Positions 26,857 to 36,689 of a stretch of DNA of 64,000 nucleotides are shown here, in pieces. The position numbers and the translations under genes are program-made. Below the pieces are notes generated by a model that had not been told where the DNA came from, made no database searches, and saw only the letters and a program-made list of their open reading frames with translations. How positions within the stretch are numbered: position 1 is the stretch's first letter; every line of letters begins with the position of its first letter. Origin of the DNA: an uncultured Clostridia bacterium (lineage in GTDB: Bacteria > Bacillota > Clostridia > TANB77 > CAG-508); assembly GCA_944386715.1 (NCBI GenBank), contig CALXCD010000003.1, positions 3,294 to 67,293 on the forward strand. The letters are read 5' to 3'.

Positions 26857-27999
26857 ATGAAAAAAATAATCTGTATTTTTGTCCTTATTTTAATTTGTTT
26901 TACTCCTATCAGTAAGGCAGATAATGAAGAAACGATGAAAGAACAGCAAGAAGAATTTGGTATTACTGATTTTATTAAAAGTGCACAAGAATATACCGGT
27001 GAATTTTTTGAAGAAATGGATATAAGTACTATTTTAGATAATGCTTTGAAAGGAGAAGTTGATAATACAAGTTTAGGAAAAAGAATTTTTAATTTGCTAG
27101 GAAAAGAAGTAGTAAATGGAGTTAGGTCTATTCTTATCATATTAGTTATTGTAATGATACATAGTATTTTAAAATCTGTTAGTGAAAGTTTAGAAAATGA
27201 AAATATTGCAAAATTAATTTATTATGTGCAATATATTTTAATTATTACAGTAGTCATGACAAACTTTTCGGAAATTGTGACAATGGTAAGGGATACTTGT
27301 ACCAATTTAGTAGGCTTTATGAATTTACTAGTACCATTATTAATTTCGCTAATGTTGTATACAGGAAGTATTACTACAAGTGGCTTGCTTGAACCAATTA
27401 TCCTGTTTATGATAAATTTTATGGGAAATCTCATTCAAAATCTTATTATTCCATTTGTACTAATTTTTGCAAGTCTGGTGATTATTTCTAAAATATCTGA
27501 TAAAGTACAAATTCATAAAATAGCTAATTTTTTGAAATCTGGAATTGTTTGGTTTTTGGGAATTGTATTAACCATATTTGTGGGTGTGGTATCCTTAGAA
27601 GGCACTTTGTCTAGTAGTGTAGATGGAGTAACTGCTAAAACAACAAAAGCAATTGTCAGTTCTGCGATTCCTGTAGTAGGAAAAATATTAGGGGATGCAG
27701 TGGATACTGTCTTGGGTTGTGGCATTATTTTAAAAAATGCAGTTGGATTAATTGGTGTTATTATTGTTATTGGAATTTGCATTATGCCTGTATTGAAATT
27801 GGCAGTTTTAACAATAGCATATAAGTTGCTATCAGGAGTATGCGAACCTATTGCTGACACAAAGATTGTTAGCTTATTAGAACAAATAGGTGATATTTTC
27901 AAAATTTTATTAGCAATTTTATGTTCTATTTCTGTTATGCTTATTATTGGAACCACATTAGTAATAAAAATGTCTAATGCAGGTATGATGTATCGATAA
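26857..27999 (+). CDS. spoIIIAE: Stage III sporulation protein AE
   Basis: Signal/TM helix plus about 7 TM helices, with fitting operon order and size. The start is at the ATG after AAGGAG. Confidence 0.85.
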   Translation: MKKIICIFVLILICFTPISKADNEETMKEQQEEFGITDFIKSAQEYTGEFFEEMDISTILDNALKGEVDNTSLGKRIFNLLGKEVVNGVRSILIILVIVMIHSILKSVSESLENENIAKLIYYVQYILIITVVMTNFSEIVTMVRDTCTNLVGFMNLLVPLLISLMLYTGSITTSGLLEPIILFMINFMGNLIQNLIIPFVLIFASLVIISKISDKVQIHKIANFLKSGIVWFLGIVLTIFVGVVSLEGTLSSSVDGVTAKTTKAIVSSAIPVVGKILGDAVDTVLGCGIILKNAVGLIGVIIVIGICIMPVLKLAVLTIAYKLLSGVCEPIADTKIVSLLEQIGDIFKILLAILCSISVMLIIGTTLVIKMSNAGMMYR

Positions 28000-28011
28000 A
28001 GAGGAAGGAAA

Positions 28012-28668
28012 ATGATAGAATTTTTAAATACTTGGGCTAAAAATTTAGGATTGGCAATTGTTGTGATATCTATTCTAGAAATGTTATTGCCAAATAATAA
28101 AATTAAAAAATATATTAGAATGGTGATGGGAATATATATTTTATTTTGTATTTTGTCACCATGGATAGGAAACGAGGATATTTTACAAGAAGATATCAAA
28201 GAATTAACAAATTCTATTTCTACCCAAACAGCAAATGCACAAACAACGGTTAATCAGACATCTATGGATGAACGTATTCAGGAATTGTATGTAGAGGAGT
28301 TAGAAAAAGATATCACAAAAAAACTAGGTGAAAAAGGATATGAATTAAGTAAATGTAAGGTAGATGCTACTATTTCTGACAAAGAAGAAGAAACCAAAAT
28401 CACAAAGATAAAAATAAAGGTAGAGAAAAAAGTAGAAATAGAGGAAGATACAGAAAGTAGCGAACAAACGGAAGAGATAGAAAATAGAATAGTAACTCAA
28501 ATTCAAAAAATAAAAACAATTGATACGAATATTCAAAAAGAAGAAAAATCAGAGGAAACAAAACAAGAGGATGATTCTAAAGAAATTACAGAGGTAGATA
28601 TTCAAAATATCAAAAAATTTTTAATGGAAGAATACGGGGTGAAAGAAAAATGTTTAGAGATAAGTTAA
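28012..28668 (+). CDS. spoIIIAF: Stage III sporulation protein AF
   Basis: The N-terminus FLNTWAKNLGLAIVVISILEMLLPNNKIKKYIRMVMGIYIL is typical of SpoIIIAF. Confidence 0.8.
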   Translation: MIEFLNTWAKNLGLAIVVISILEMLLPNNKIKKYIRMVMGIYILFCILSPWIGNEDILQEDIKELTNSISTQTANAQTTVNQTSMDERIQELYVEELEKDITKKLGEKGYELSKCKVDATISDKEEETKITKIKIKVEKKVEIEEDTESSEQTEEIENRIVTQIQKIKTIDTNIQKEEKSEETKQEDDSKEITEVDIQNIKKFLMEEYGVKEKCLEIS

Positions 28669-29282
28669 AAGGATTAATACCTAAAAAGGAAGAGTCCGAA
28701 GAAGGCAACTCTAAAAAGAAAATTGAGAATTTAGTATTTTTTGTGGTGCTTGCTATCATTACTATTATCATTATTAATATAATATGGAACGGTGATAAAA
28801 AAACAACAACAAAGCAGGATAATACAAATGTTAATAAACAATTAGCAAGTAGTAATACAGAAGTGAACTTATCAGGAAACCAATCTATACAAGAAATTAG
28901 TGAACTAGAAAACAAATTAGCTAATATATTATCTAAGATTCAAGGAGTGGGAGAAGTAAGTGTTTTTATTAACTGTTCGGAGTCTAGCGAAGTGGTAGCC
29001 ATGTATAACGAAAATTCAAAAGTAAGTAACACAGAAGAAACAGATACTTCTGGGGGAGTTCGCAAAATAGAAGAAACAGATTCACAAAAAGATATTATTT
29101 ATCAAGAAACCAATGGGGAGAAAGTTCCTATTACACAAAAAATTATACAACCTAAAATAGAGGGAGCTATTATTACAGCAAAAGGTGCAGATAATGCTAA
29201 TGTAAAGAATAATATTATTCAGGCAGTGGAGGCTGTGACCGGTTTAGCGACTCATAAAATTCAAGTATTTTCTCAAGATTAG
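28650..29282 (+). CDS. spoIIIAG: Stage III sporulation protein AG
   Basis: TM anchor, then LENKLANILSKIQGVGEVSVFIN and a ring-forming C-terminal domain pattern. Confidence 0.8.
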   Translation: MFRDKLKGLIPKKEESEEGNSKKKIENLVFFVVLAIITIIIINIIWNGDKKTTTKQDNTNVNKQLASSNTEVNLSGNQSIQEISELENKLANILSKIQGVGEVSVFINCSESSEVVAMYNENSKVSNTEETDTSGGVRKIEETDSQKDIIYQETNGEKVPITQKIIQPKIEGAIITAKGADNANVKNNIIQAVEAVTGLATHKIQVFSQD

Positions 29283-29289
29283 TGCCAAA

Positions 29290-29368
29290 GGTTCCAGGTT
29301 TGAATGCCAAAAAATTGGCGTTGGTTCCAGGTTTGGATGCCAAAAAATTGGCATCCAAACCTGGAACC
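29290..29368 (+). repeat. Tandem 33-nt duplication ending in a perfect 19-bp hairpin between spoIIIAG and spoIIIAH
   Basis: Units at 29290-29322 and 29323-29355. The arms 29323-29341 and 29350-29368 are perfectly complementary and the loop is AAAAAATT. Confidence 0.75.
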
Positions 29369-29391
29369 AATACCCAAAGGAGGAGTTTAAT

Positions 29392-30066
29392 TTGAAATTT
29401 TTTAAGAAAAATCAAGTAATTATTTATACTATTGCTTTGATGTTAGTAGTAGCAGGATATTTAAATTACACGACAAAACAGGAAAATCCATCTGTTGAAA
29501 CCAGCATGCAAGTGGAATCTAAAGACGATACACAATTAGCAGATATTGGTGATGCAAGATTAGTAAGTAGTAATGATGTGACTAGTGAAAATGAAAATAC
29601 AGTTAATAATACTATTAATAGTACCAATACTGTAAATAGTACGAGTGATACTGCAAATGTAAATGATATAGCAAATACAAATAGTACTAATCAAACACAG
29701 GAAACAAATGCGGTAACAGAAGATGAATATTTTGTGAAATCTAAATTAGAAAGAGATACGATGTATTCTCAAATGATTGAAACTTATGAAAAAGTATTGA
29801 ATAGTACGAATTCATTAGAAACGCAAAAGCAAGCTGCTACACAAGAAATTACCAAAATTAATGAAACGAAAAATAGTATTATGATTTGTGAAAATTTAAT
29901 TCAGACAAAAGGTTTCGAGAATAATATTATTTTTGTTAATGGAGAAAGTATTAGTGTTATTATAGGTGTAAAAGAATTGAAAACAGAGGAGATTGCACAG
30001 ATTCAAAATATTATTTCTAGAGAAATGAAAGCAGAGATTGAAAATATTCATATTGCGACAAAATAA
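29392..30066 (+). CDS. spoIIIAH: Stage III sporulation protein AH
   Basis: TTG start after GGAGGAG. TM anchor, and a C-terminal YscJ/FliF-like part (ICENLIQTKGFENNIIFVNGESISVII), with fitting operon position. Confidence 0.75.
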   Translation: MKFFKKNQVIIYTIALMLVVAGYLNYTTKQENPSVETSMQVESKDDTQLADIGDARLVSSNDVTSENENTVNNTINSTNTVNSTSDTANVNDIANTNSTNQTQETNAVTEDEYFVKSKLERDTMYSQMIETYEKVLNSTNSLETQKQAATQEITKINETKNSIMICENLIQTKGFENNIIFVNGESISVIIGVKELKTEEIAQIQNIISREMKAEIENIHIATK

Positions 30067-30121
30067 CTTTTTATATTACAAAATTATGTAAAAAAAGTAA
30101 TATATAAAAAAAGAAATATCA

Positions 30122-30150
30122 TTGCAAAAAAATTTCCCTAAAAATATAAT
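30122..30150 (+). promoter_or_regulatory. Sigma-A-type promoter (TTGCAA-17-TATAAT) for the pilin-like gene
   Basis: Hexamers at 30122-30127 and 30145-30150 with a 17-nt spacer. Confidence 0.45.
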
Positions 30151-30191
30151 TTTAAGCGTATCAAAAATACAAAAGAAGGAAGGGGAAAACA

Positions 30192-31322
30192 ATGATAAAA
30201 AAAGAAAAAGGAATCACATTAATAGCGTTAGTAATTACAATAATTGTATTATTAATTTTAGCAAGTGTAACAATTGCAACTTTAACAGGAGAAAATGGAA
30301 TTTTAACAAGAGCAAATGAAGCAAAAGAGCAAACAGAAATTGCATCTGTAAAAGAACAAGCACAGTTAGATATAGCAAATTGGATAGCAGAAGAATTAAA
30401 AAATGGAAGAGATACAACAATTGATGATTGGGAAGGTATAAAAAATATATTAGAGACAGCAAATCCAGATGTAGAGGATAGATATTATAAAAATGTAACA
30501 GAAGAAGGAGTCGAAACACCAAATGGATATATAGTACCAATAGAAGAACTATATACAAATAGTCCAGAGGGGGGAGATGTACCAAACTTTGATGAAAATA
30601 CTTTAACATTAGGAGAAGCAATCAATACAGAAAAATACGGATATATAGTTCCAGAATATACAGTTCGAACATCAATAATAGGGTCAAATGTATGGAGATT
30701 ATTCTATCAAGATAGTAATTATACTTATTTAATTACAGATGAAGTGATAGGGAGTTATAAACCAAGTGATTATTGTAGTTCTTATACTAATGGTTCAATG
30801 GTAAGCACAATAGGGCAGAGATTAAATCCAATGCTATTAGAAACAGGAACATTTTTTACTGATAGTAATACAAATCTAAATATTCAAGCAACAGCATGGT
30901 TAACAGATACATCAGAAACAAGTATGTGGAGTGAATACAAAAATAATGATGCAGTATTTGCAATAGGAAGTCCAACAATAGAACTATATGTAACATCATT
31001 TAATGCAACAGCAAGTGCAAATTCAGCAAATCAAATAATATTAGGGGTAGATGCATATGGGTATACACACAATACAACACCGAATCAATTAAAATTGGAT
31101 TATAATTATGGAATTTATGTTAAAACTACATCATCAAACTTTTGGCTTGCTTCTCCTAAAGGTGCTGGCCCCGGCTACGGACTTAGTGCGTATGGAGGTA
31201 TGGGTATTTTTCTTACCAGCAGTTTAAACTTTTCTTCAGGAGCAATTCGCCCCATAGTTTGTATCCAAACATCAGTATTTAATGAAAAATACACATTATC
31301 TAGTCCAGAATATAATTCATAG
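30192..31322 (+). CDS. Pilin/pseudopilin-like protein with prepilin-type N-terminus
   Basis: MIKKEKGITLIALVITIIVLLILASV resembles a class III signal peptide (KG|ITLIxLV). The large C-terminal domain ends ...FWLASPKG...GAIRPIVCI. Confidence 0.65.
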   Translation: MIKKEKGITLIALVITIIVLLILASVTIATLTGENGILTRANEAKEQTEIASVKEQAQLDIANWIAEELKNGRDTTIDDWEGIKNILETANPDVEDRYYKNVTEEGVETPNGYIVPIEELYTNSPEGGDVPNFDENTLTLGEAINTEKYGYIVPEYTVRTSIIGSNVWRLFYQDSNYTYLITDEVIGSYKPSDYCSSYTNGSMVSTIGQRLNPMLLETGTFFTDSNTNLNIQATAWLTDTSETSMWSEYKNNDAVFAIGSPTIELYVTSFNATASANSANQIILGVDAYGYTHNTTPNQLKLDYNYGIYVKTTSSNFWLASPKGAGPGYGLSAYGGMGIFLTSSLNFSSGAIRPIVCIQTSVFNEKYTLSSPEYNS

Positions 31323-31502
31323 TAAAGTAGTGAAAAAATTGTAAGATTAGCGTTTCCCTATTTATTTGTATTAAACCCTAGTATAGAAAATAAAGATTCA
31401 GTAAAAAAGAAAAATTGAAAATCCTTCTAAAAACTGTTGTAAAAATTTGAAATATTGGTATAATAAGGAATGGAAACAATATTTTAAAAGGAGGACTTGG
31501 TT

Positions 31503-32648
31503 ATGTTAAAAAAAGTAGCAATATTAGCAAATGGAGGAGATGTATCTGGATTTAATGCAGTCATAAGAGCGATTGTAAAAACAGCAGAAAATCATAATAT
31601 TGAATGTTATGGATATATAGATGGATATAATGGATTATTAAAAAATGATTATGTTTTATTATCAACAGCTGGAAATGGAGATGCTAAAGGAATTTTACCA
31701 AAGGGTGGTTCTATTATAGGCTCTTCTACAAACAGTAATGTATTTCATTATAAGGTAAAAAAAGAGGATGGAACTGTAGAATATAAAGACTTATCAGATG
31801 TATGTATTCAAAATATAAAAGATGCAGGATTTGATTGTATATTCACTTTAGGTGGAGATGGAACACAAAAGTCAGCAAGGGATTTTGCAACAAAAGGAGT
31901 AAATGTAATAGGAGTTCCAAAAACAATTGATAATGATGTTGCTTGTACAGAAATTACATTTGGATATAATACAGCTGTATCTGTTGCAATGGAAGCAATT
32001 GACAGGCTCCATACAACAGGAGAAACACATCATAGAATCATGGTTTTAGAAGTAATGGGAAGATATGCTGGATGGATTGCATTAGAATCTGCTATTGCAG
32101 GAGGAGCTGATGTGGCTTTAATACCAGAAATTCCTTATGATATTAATAGAGTAGCAACAAAAATCGAAAATAGGAAAAAAAGAGGAAAAGAATTTAGTAT
32201 TGTAGTAGTTGCAGAAGGTGCGAAACCTATTAATGGGGATATTACTATTATGGGAAAAAGAGATAATGGTGCAGGTGTTGATAATACTAAATTAGGTGGA
32301 GTTGGACAAGTTGTTGCAAAACAGTTAGAGGAATTAACTGGACTAGAGGCTAGAAATACAACACTAGGATATATGCAAAGAGGGGGTAGCCCAACAGCCT
32401 TTGATAGAGTATTATCTACCAAATATGGTGTAAAAGCAATGCAGCTTGCCTTAGAAGGAAAATTTGGTACATTAGCAGTAATGAAAAATGGAAAACTAGA
32501 TTATGCATTATTAGAAGATGTTGTAGGTAATAACAAAGAAATCGGTGCAGTATCTGGGAATACAGCAGAAAGTAATATTAGAAAAGTAACAATGGATCAT
32601 GATTTGGTAATTACAGCTAGAAATATCGGAATTAACTTAGGTGATTAA
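31503..32648 (+). CDS. pfkA: 6-phosphofructokinase (PfkA family)
   Basis: Has GGDVSGFNAVIRA, LGGDGTQ, PKTIDNDV and MGRYAGW motifs. The ATG at 31503 lies 7 nt after AAAGGAGGA. Confidence 0.85.
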   Translation: MLKKVAILANGGDVSGFNAVIRAIVKTAENHNIECYGYIDGYNGLLKNDYVLLSTAGNGDAKGILPKGGSIIGSSTNSNVFHYKVKKEDGTVEYKDLSDVCIQNIKDAGFDCIFTLGGDGTQKSARDFATKGVNVIGVPKTIDNDVACTEITFGYNTAVSVAMEAIDRLHTTGETHHRIMVLEVMGRYAGWIALESAIAGGADVALIPEIPYDINRVATKIENRKKRGKEFSIVVVAEGAKPINGDITIMGKRDNGAGVDNTKLGGVGQVVAKQLEELTGLEARNTTLGYMQRGGSPTAFDRVLSTKYGVKAMQLALEGKFGTLAVMKNGKLDYALLEDVVGNNKEIGAVSGNTAESNIRKVTMDHDLVITARNIGINLGD

Positions 32649-32665
32649 TAAATAATTTAATATAG

Positions 32666-32705
32666 AAAAACAAACCCCTTTTCCAAAGAATAAGGGGTTT
32701 GTTTT
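32666..32705. terminator. Bidirectional terminator between pfk (+) and prs (-)
   Basis: AAAAACAAACCCCTT / AAGGGGTTTGTTTT stem flanked by A- and T-runs. Confidence 0.8.
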
Positions 32706-32715
32706 CGTAGAGGAG

Positions 32716-33672
32716 TTAATCCATAGAATAGATTTCGCCTAAAGGTAATTCTTCATTTAATCTTCTGATTGCTTCTGCAAAATTTTTAGCAATAGACAAA
32801 ACTTTGATTTTATCAATTTGTTTTTCTTTTGGTAATGGAATTGTATTTGTAATAACAAGTTCCTCTAATGCTGAATTTTGAATTCTTTCAATAGCTGGAC
32901 CGGATAAAATACCATGTGTACATCCAGCATAAATTTTTTTAGCATGATATTTTTCTAAAATATTAACAGTTTCAATTAAAGAGCCAGCAGTGTCAACCTC
33001 ATCATCAAAAATAATGGCATATTTATCAGTAACATTTCCAATAACAGTAGAAGCAATAGCTCTATCGTCATTTCCTTCTCTTCTTTTATCAATCATTGCA
33101 ATAGGGCAACCAAAGTATTCTGAATATTTATAAGCTTTTTTAGAACTTCCTGCATCTGTTGCTACAATAACCATTTCTTCTACTGGAATATTTTTTTCTT
33201 TAAAATAAGATTGTAATAAATATTGAGCAGTTAATCTATCACAGTTAATAGTATTAAAATATCCTTGAATTGCTGGATTGTGCAAATCACAAGTAGTTAC
33301 TCTAGTAGCACCTGCTGCTTCAATTAATTGTGTGATTAATTTTGCAGTAATAGGGATTCTAGGTTGGTCTTTTTTATCAGAACGAGAATACATAAAATAA
33401 GGCAAAATAACATTAATTCTTTTTGCAGATGCTCTTTTTAAAGCATCAATAGTGATTAACATTTCCATGATTCTTTCATTTACTGGTGGGGTAGTTGTTT
33501 GAATTAAATAAACATCTTGGTCTCGAACAGTTTCTAAAATTTGAACAAAATTGTTATCATTTTTAAATTTAAAGGATTTTATTTGTCCTATTGGCAAATT
33601 GAGAATGCTACAAATTTCTTCTGTAAAAGGTTTAGCAGATTCACTGCAAGAAAAAATTTTAATATTTTTCAT
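32716..33672 (-). CDS. prs: Ribose-phosphate pyrophosphokinase
   Basis: Has YFMYSRSDKKD, the PRPP-binding loop IIFDDEVDTAGS, and a typical length. Confidence 0.95.
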   Translation of the reverse strand: MKNIKIFSCSESAKPFTEEICSILNLPIGQIKSFKFKNDNNFVQILETVRDQDVYLIQTTTPPVNERIMEMLITIDALKRASAKRINVILPYFMYSRSDKKDQPRIPITAKLITQLIEAAGATRVTTCDLHNPAIQGYFNTINCDRLTAQYLLQSYFKEKNIPVEEMVIVATDAGSSKKAYKYSEYFGCPIAMIDKRREGNDDRAIASTVIGNVTDKYAIIFDDEVDTAGSLIETVNILEKYHAKKIYAGCTHGILSGPAIERIQNSALEELVITNTIPLPKEKQIDKIKVLSIAKNFAEAIRRLNEELPLGEIYSMD

Positions 33673-33953
33673 GATTTCCTCCTATTAATAGATTTGCTTT
33701 TATCTATCATTTTTTTCTAAAAAAATTATATGATAGGAATATTTTTTCGTCAAGAAAAAACACGAAAAATGTCAAAAAATATGTAATTATTCAGTAATGT
33801 ATTTTTAGACAAGAATTAATACTAGTGAATAGTTATTAAAACATTTAATGATTCAATAACATTACAAATTTGTGACTTTTTTATGAAAAATATTGTCACA
33901 AAAAAATATTATTGATATAATTTAGGCATAATAAATACGAAGGAGGAAAAAAT

Positions 33954-35120
33954 ATGTTAAAATCAAATGTTGCATGGAGTACAAATGAAGATAGTTATAC
34001 ACAAGGAAAGGAAACAGCACAAAAAGCAGTGCAAGACTTAATACAAACAAAAGTAGCATTTTTATACACATCAGTAGATTGTAATGTAGAAAAAGTTTTA
34101 GAAGGTGCAAAAGCAGAATTAGGAACAGCACCAATCATTGGATGCACATCTAGTGCAGGAATTATTGTCCCAGATGGATTTATTTCTTCAGAAAAAGGGT
34201 TTACTGGAATTTTAGCATTAGGGGACCCTGAATTAGAAGTCGGAGTTGCAGGTTCTTGCAAACAAAAATCAGCTAGAGAAACAGGAAGAAAAGTCGCAGA
34301 AGAAGCGATAAAAAAAGCAGGTAAAGATTGCGCACCAGCTTATTTTTATATGGTAGCTTCTCCAGGAGAGGAAGAAGATTATTTAAAAGGAATTGAAGAT
34401 GTTATAGGAAGAGTGCCTGTATTTGGAGGAAGTAGTGCAGATAATACAGTAGAAGGGAAATGGAGTATTTATACAAATGATACTGTATTTAATGATGGAG
34501 TAGCAGTAGCCTTTTTCTATACAAATAAGCCAATGGCAAATGTATTTACAGGAGAATATCATGAAACAACGAATTCAGGAGTTATTACAAAAGTAGAAGG
34601 AAAAAGGACATTAGTAGAAATTGATGGAACACCAGCAATTAAGAAATATGCTGAATGGACAGGTAACAAAATGAAAGACTTACAAGGAAATAATTTATTA
34701 GTAACTACTATTACTAAGCCTTTAGGAGTGAAAGATAGATTAGGAGATTTAATTGCAATCCGTCACCCAATGTATGGAAATGATGACAACTCTATGAATA
34801 TAGGAGCAAATCTTGCTGTCAATACAGCTATTATTCAAATGGAAGCATCAGTAGATGAATTAATTGATTCTACAGGAAAAACATTAAGGGAAGTAAATAA
34901 AGAGTTACCAACAGATGCAGGCGCTTATTTATTAGTACACTGTGGTGGTAGAAGATTAGGAATTGGAGATAGAATAGATGAAGTAGCAAAACAATTAAAA
35001 CAAGAAGCAAAAGGAGTTCCATTTATTGCCGTATTTACTTTTGGAGAATATGGAGTAAAAGACCATGGAGCAAATACAACAGGTGGATTGATGCTTTCTT
35101 TCACAGGGTTTGCTAAATGA
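33954..35120 (+). CDS. FIST domain protein
   Basis: FIST_N/FIST_C layout with ...VFGGSSADN... and a C-terminal FTFGEYG motif. Confidence 0.75.
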   Translation: MLKSNVAWSTNEDSYTQGKETAQKAVQDLIQTKVAFLYTSVDCNVEKVLEGAKAELGTAPIIGCTSSAGIIVPDGFISSEKGFTGILALGDPELEVGVAGSCKQKSARETGRKVAEEAIKKAGKDCAPAYFYMVASPGEEEDYLKGIEDVIGRVPVFGGSSADNTVEGKWSIYTNDTVFNDGVAVAFFYTNKPMANVFTGEYHETTNSGVITKVEGKRTLVEIDGTPAIKKYAEWTGNKMKDLQGNNLLVTTITKPLGVKDRLGDLIAIRHPMYGNDDNSMNIGANLAVNTAIIQMEASVDELIDSTGKTLREVNKELPTDAGAYLLVHCGGRRLGIGDRIDEVAKQLKQEAKGVPFIAVFTFGEYGVKDHGANTTGGLMLSFTGFAK

Positions 35121-35237
35121 AGAGAAGGGGAAAAACCACAAAACCAAACACAAAAGTACGAATGTAAAATAGAAAGCTATGAAACAGGAGAAGAATTGAT
35201 GGTTTGTAAAGCCATAAAAAATAAGGAGGGAGCAAGT

Positions 35238-36671
35238 ATGAAAAATTTAATCGGTTATGAATGGAAGGATGCTTCTAATGGAGCTACCATAGAAGTAGTA
35301 AATCCAGCAACACAAGAATTAATAGATACCGTGCCTAATGTGACAGAAGAAGATGTAGATACAGCTGTAAAGGTAGCAATGGTAGAACAGAAAAAATGGC
35401 AAGAAGTTTCTATTTATGAAAGAGCAGAAAAATTATATCGTTTTGTAGATTTAGTAGAACAAAATAAAGAAAGACTTGCAACATTATTATCTAATGAAAC
35501 AGGAAAACCAATTACAGAAGCAAGAGGAGAAATTGCAAATGTTAAAATAGGTGTAAGAGGTTTTGTTGAAAGAGCAAAACATTTCTATGGAGAAAGTATT
35601 CCGGCAGGGACAGAAGCAGGGCAAGAAAAAACAATGCAAATCACAAAAAGATATCCATTAGGTGTTGTCGCAGCTATTATTCCATTTAACTTTCCAAGTG
35701 ATTTATTCTGTCAAAAAGTACCACCAGCATTATTAATGGGAAATAGTATTATTGTAAAACCATCTAATTATAATCCATTAACTTTAATTGAGTATGTAAA
35801 GTTAATGATTGAAGCAGGTGTACCAGCAGGATGTATTCAAATTTTAACAGGAGATGGACCAATAGCAGGGCAAGCTTTAGCAAGACATCCAGGTGTTCAT
35901 TTAGTATCTTTAACAGGTGGAACAGCTGCAGGAATTCAAACAATGGGAACAGCTTCTCAAAATCTAACACATGTTATGTTAGAATTAGGTGGAAATGATG
36001 CTTTTATCTTCTTAGAAGATGGAGATATGGATTTAGCAGTAAGAGAAACCAAATGGGGAAGATTATATAATGGTGGACAAGTATGTTGTGCAAGTAAAAG
36101 ATTTTTAATTCATAATTCTAGAAAACAAGAATTTATAGATAGAATTAAAGAATTAATAGCAAGTCTAAAAATTGGTGACCCAATGCAAGAAGATACAGAT
36201 ATGGGACCAATGGTAAATATTAATGCAGCAAAAAGAATTGAAGAACAAGTAAATAAAACCATAGCAGAAGGTGCTACCTTAGTATGTGGTGGAAAAAGAG
36301 AAGATGCTTATTATTATCCAACTATTTTAGACAATGTAACAAAAGATATGGAAGTTGCAAAAGATATGGAAATATTTGGACCAGTTATTTCTGTTATTGG
36401 ATTTGATACAGTAGAAGAAGCAATTGAAATTGCAAATCAATCTTCTTATGGTTTATGCGGATGTGTGATTTCAAAAGATGTAACAAGAGCCATGAAAATT
36501 GCAGATAGATTAGAATGTGGTGGAGCTGTTATTAATGGTGCTAGTTTCTATCGTTCTTTTGAAATGCCATTTGGAGGATGGAAACACTCTGGAATAGGAA
36601 ATGAAGGAGTAATTAGTACATTACAAGAAATGTCAAGAGTAAAAACCATTGTGTTAAAAAATATTTTATAG
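35238..36671 (+). CDS. NAD(P)-dependent aldehyde dehydrogenase
   Basis: Has the ALDH motifs FNFP, LELGGND and the catalytic GQVCCA. The start is after AAGGAGGGAG. Confidence 0.9.
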   Translation: MKNLIGYEWKDASNGATIEVVNPATQELIDTVPNVTEEDVDTAVKVAMVEQKKWQEVSIYERAEKLYRFVDLVEQNKERLATLLSNETGKPITEARGEIANVKIGVRGFVERAKHFYGESIPAGTEAGQEKTMQITKRYPLGVVAAIIPFNFPSDLFCQKVPPALLMGNSIIVKPSNYNPLTLIEYVKLMIEAGVPAGCIQILTGDGPIAGQALARHPGVHLVSLTGGTAAGIQTMGTASQNLTHVMLELGGNDAFIFLEDGDMDLAVRETKWGRLYNGGQVCCASKRFLIHNSRKQEFIDRIKELIASLKIGDPMQEDTDMGPMVNINAAKRIEEQVNKTIAEGATLVCGGKREDAYYYPTILDNVTKDMEVAKDMEIFGPVISVIGFDTVEEAIEIANQSSYGLCGCVISKDVTRAMKIADRLECGGAVINGASFYRSFEMPFGGWKHSGIGNEGVISTLQEMSRVKTIVLKNIL

Positions 36672-36689
36672 GAGGAAAAATAAGGAAAG

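Noticed and set aside
27513-28199. A 228-aa minus-strand ORF. The same applies to other long antisense ORFs at 11553-12035, 24412-24846, 30235-30621, 37349-37729 and 53728-54129.
   Set aside because: Each lies entirely antisense to a well-supported gene (spoIIIAE, DUF3737, spoIIIAA, the pilin-like gene, adh or carB). Their compositions are biased toward Ile/Leu/Phe/Ser, as expected from the reverse complement of AT-rich coding DNA. None has a recognisable motif.
29215-29415. A 66-aa minus-strand ORF with a repeated peptide (PGLDANFLASKPGTNANFLAFKPGT).
   Set aside because: Its repetitiveness is just the translation of the tandem/inverted DNA repeat between spoIIIAG and spoIIIAH. It has no SD and is antisense to the operon.
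33870-33905. TGTGAC ... GTCACA dyad upstream of the FIST gene, considered as a CRP/FNR-type site.
   Set aside because: The half-sites are 18 nt apart rather than the 6 nt of TGTGA-N6-TCACA sites. It may still be an operator, but I cannot support a specific call.
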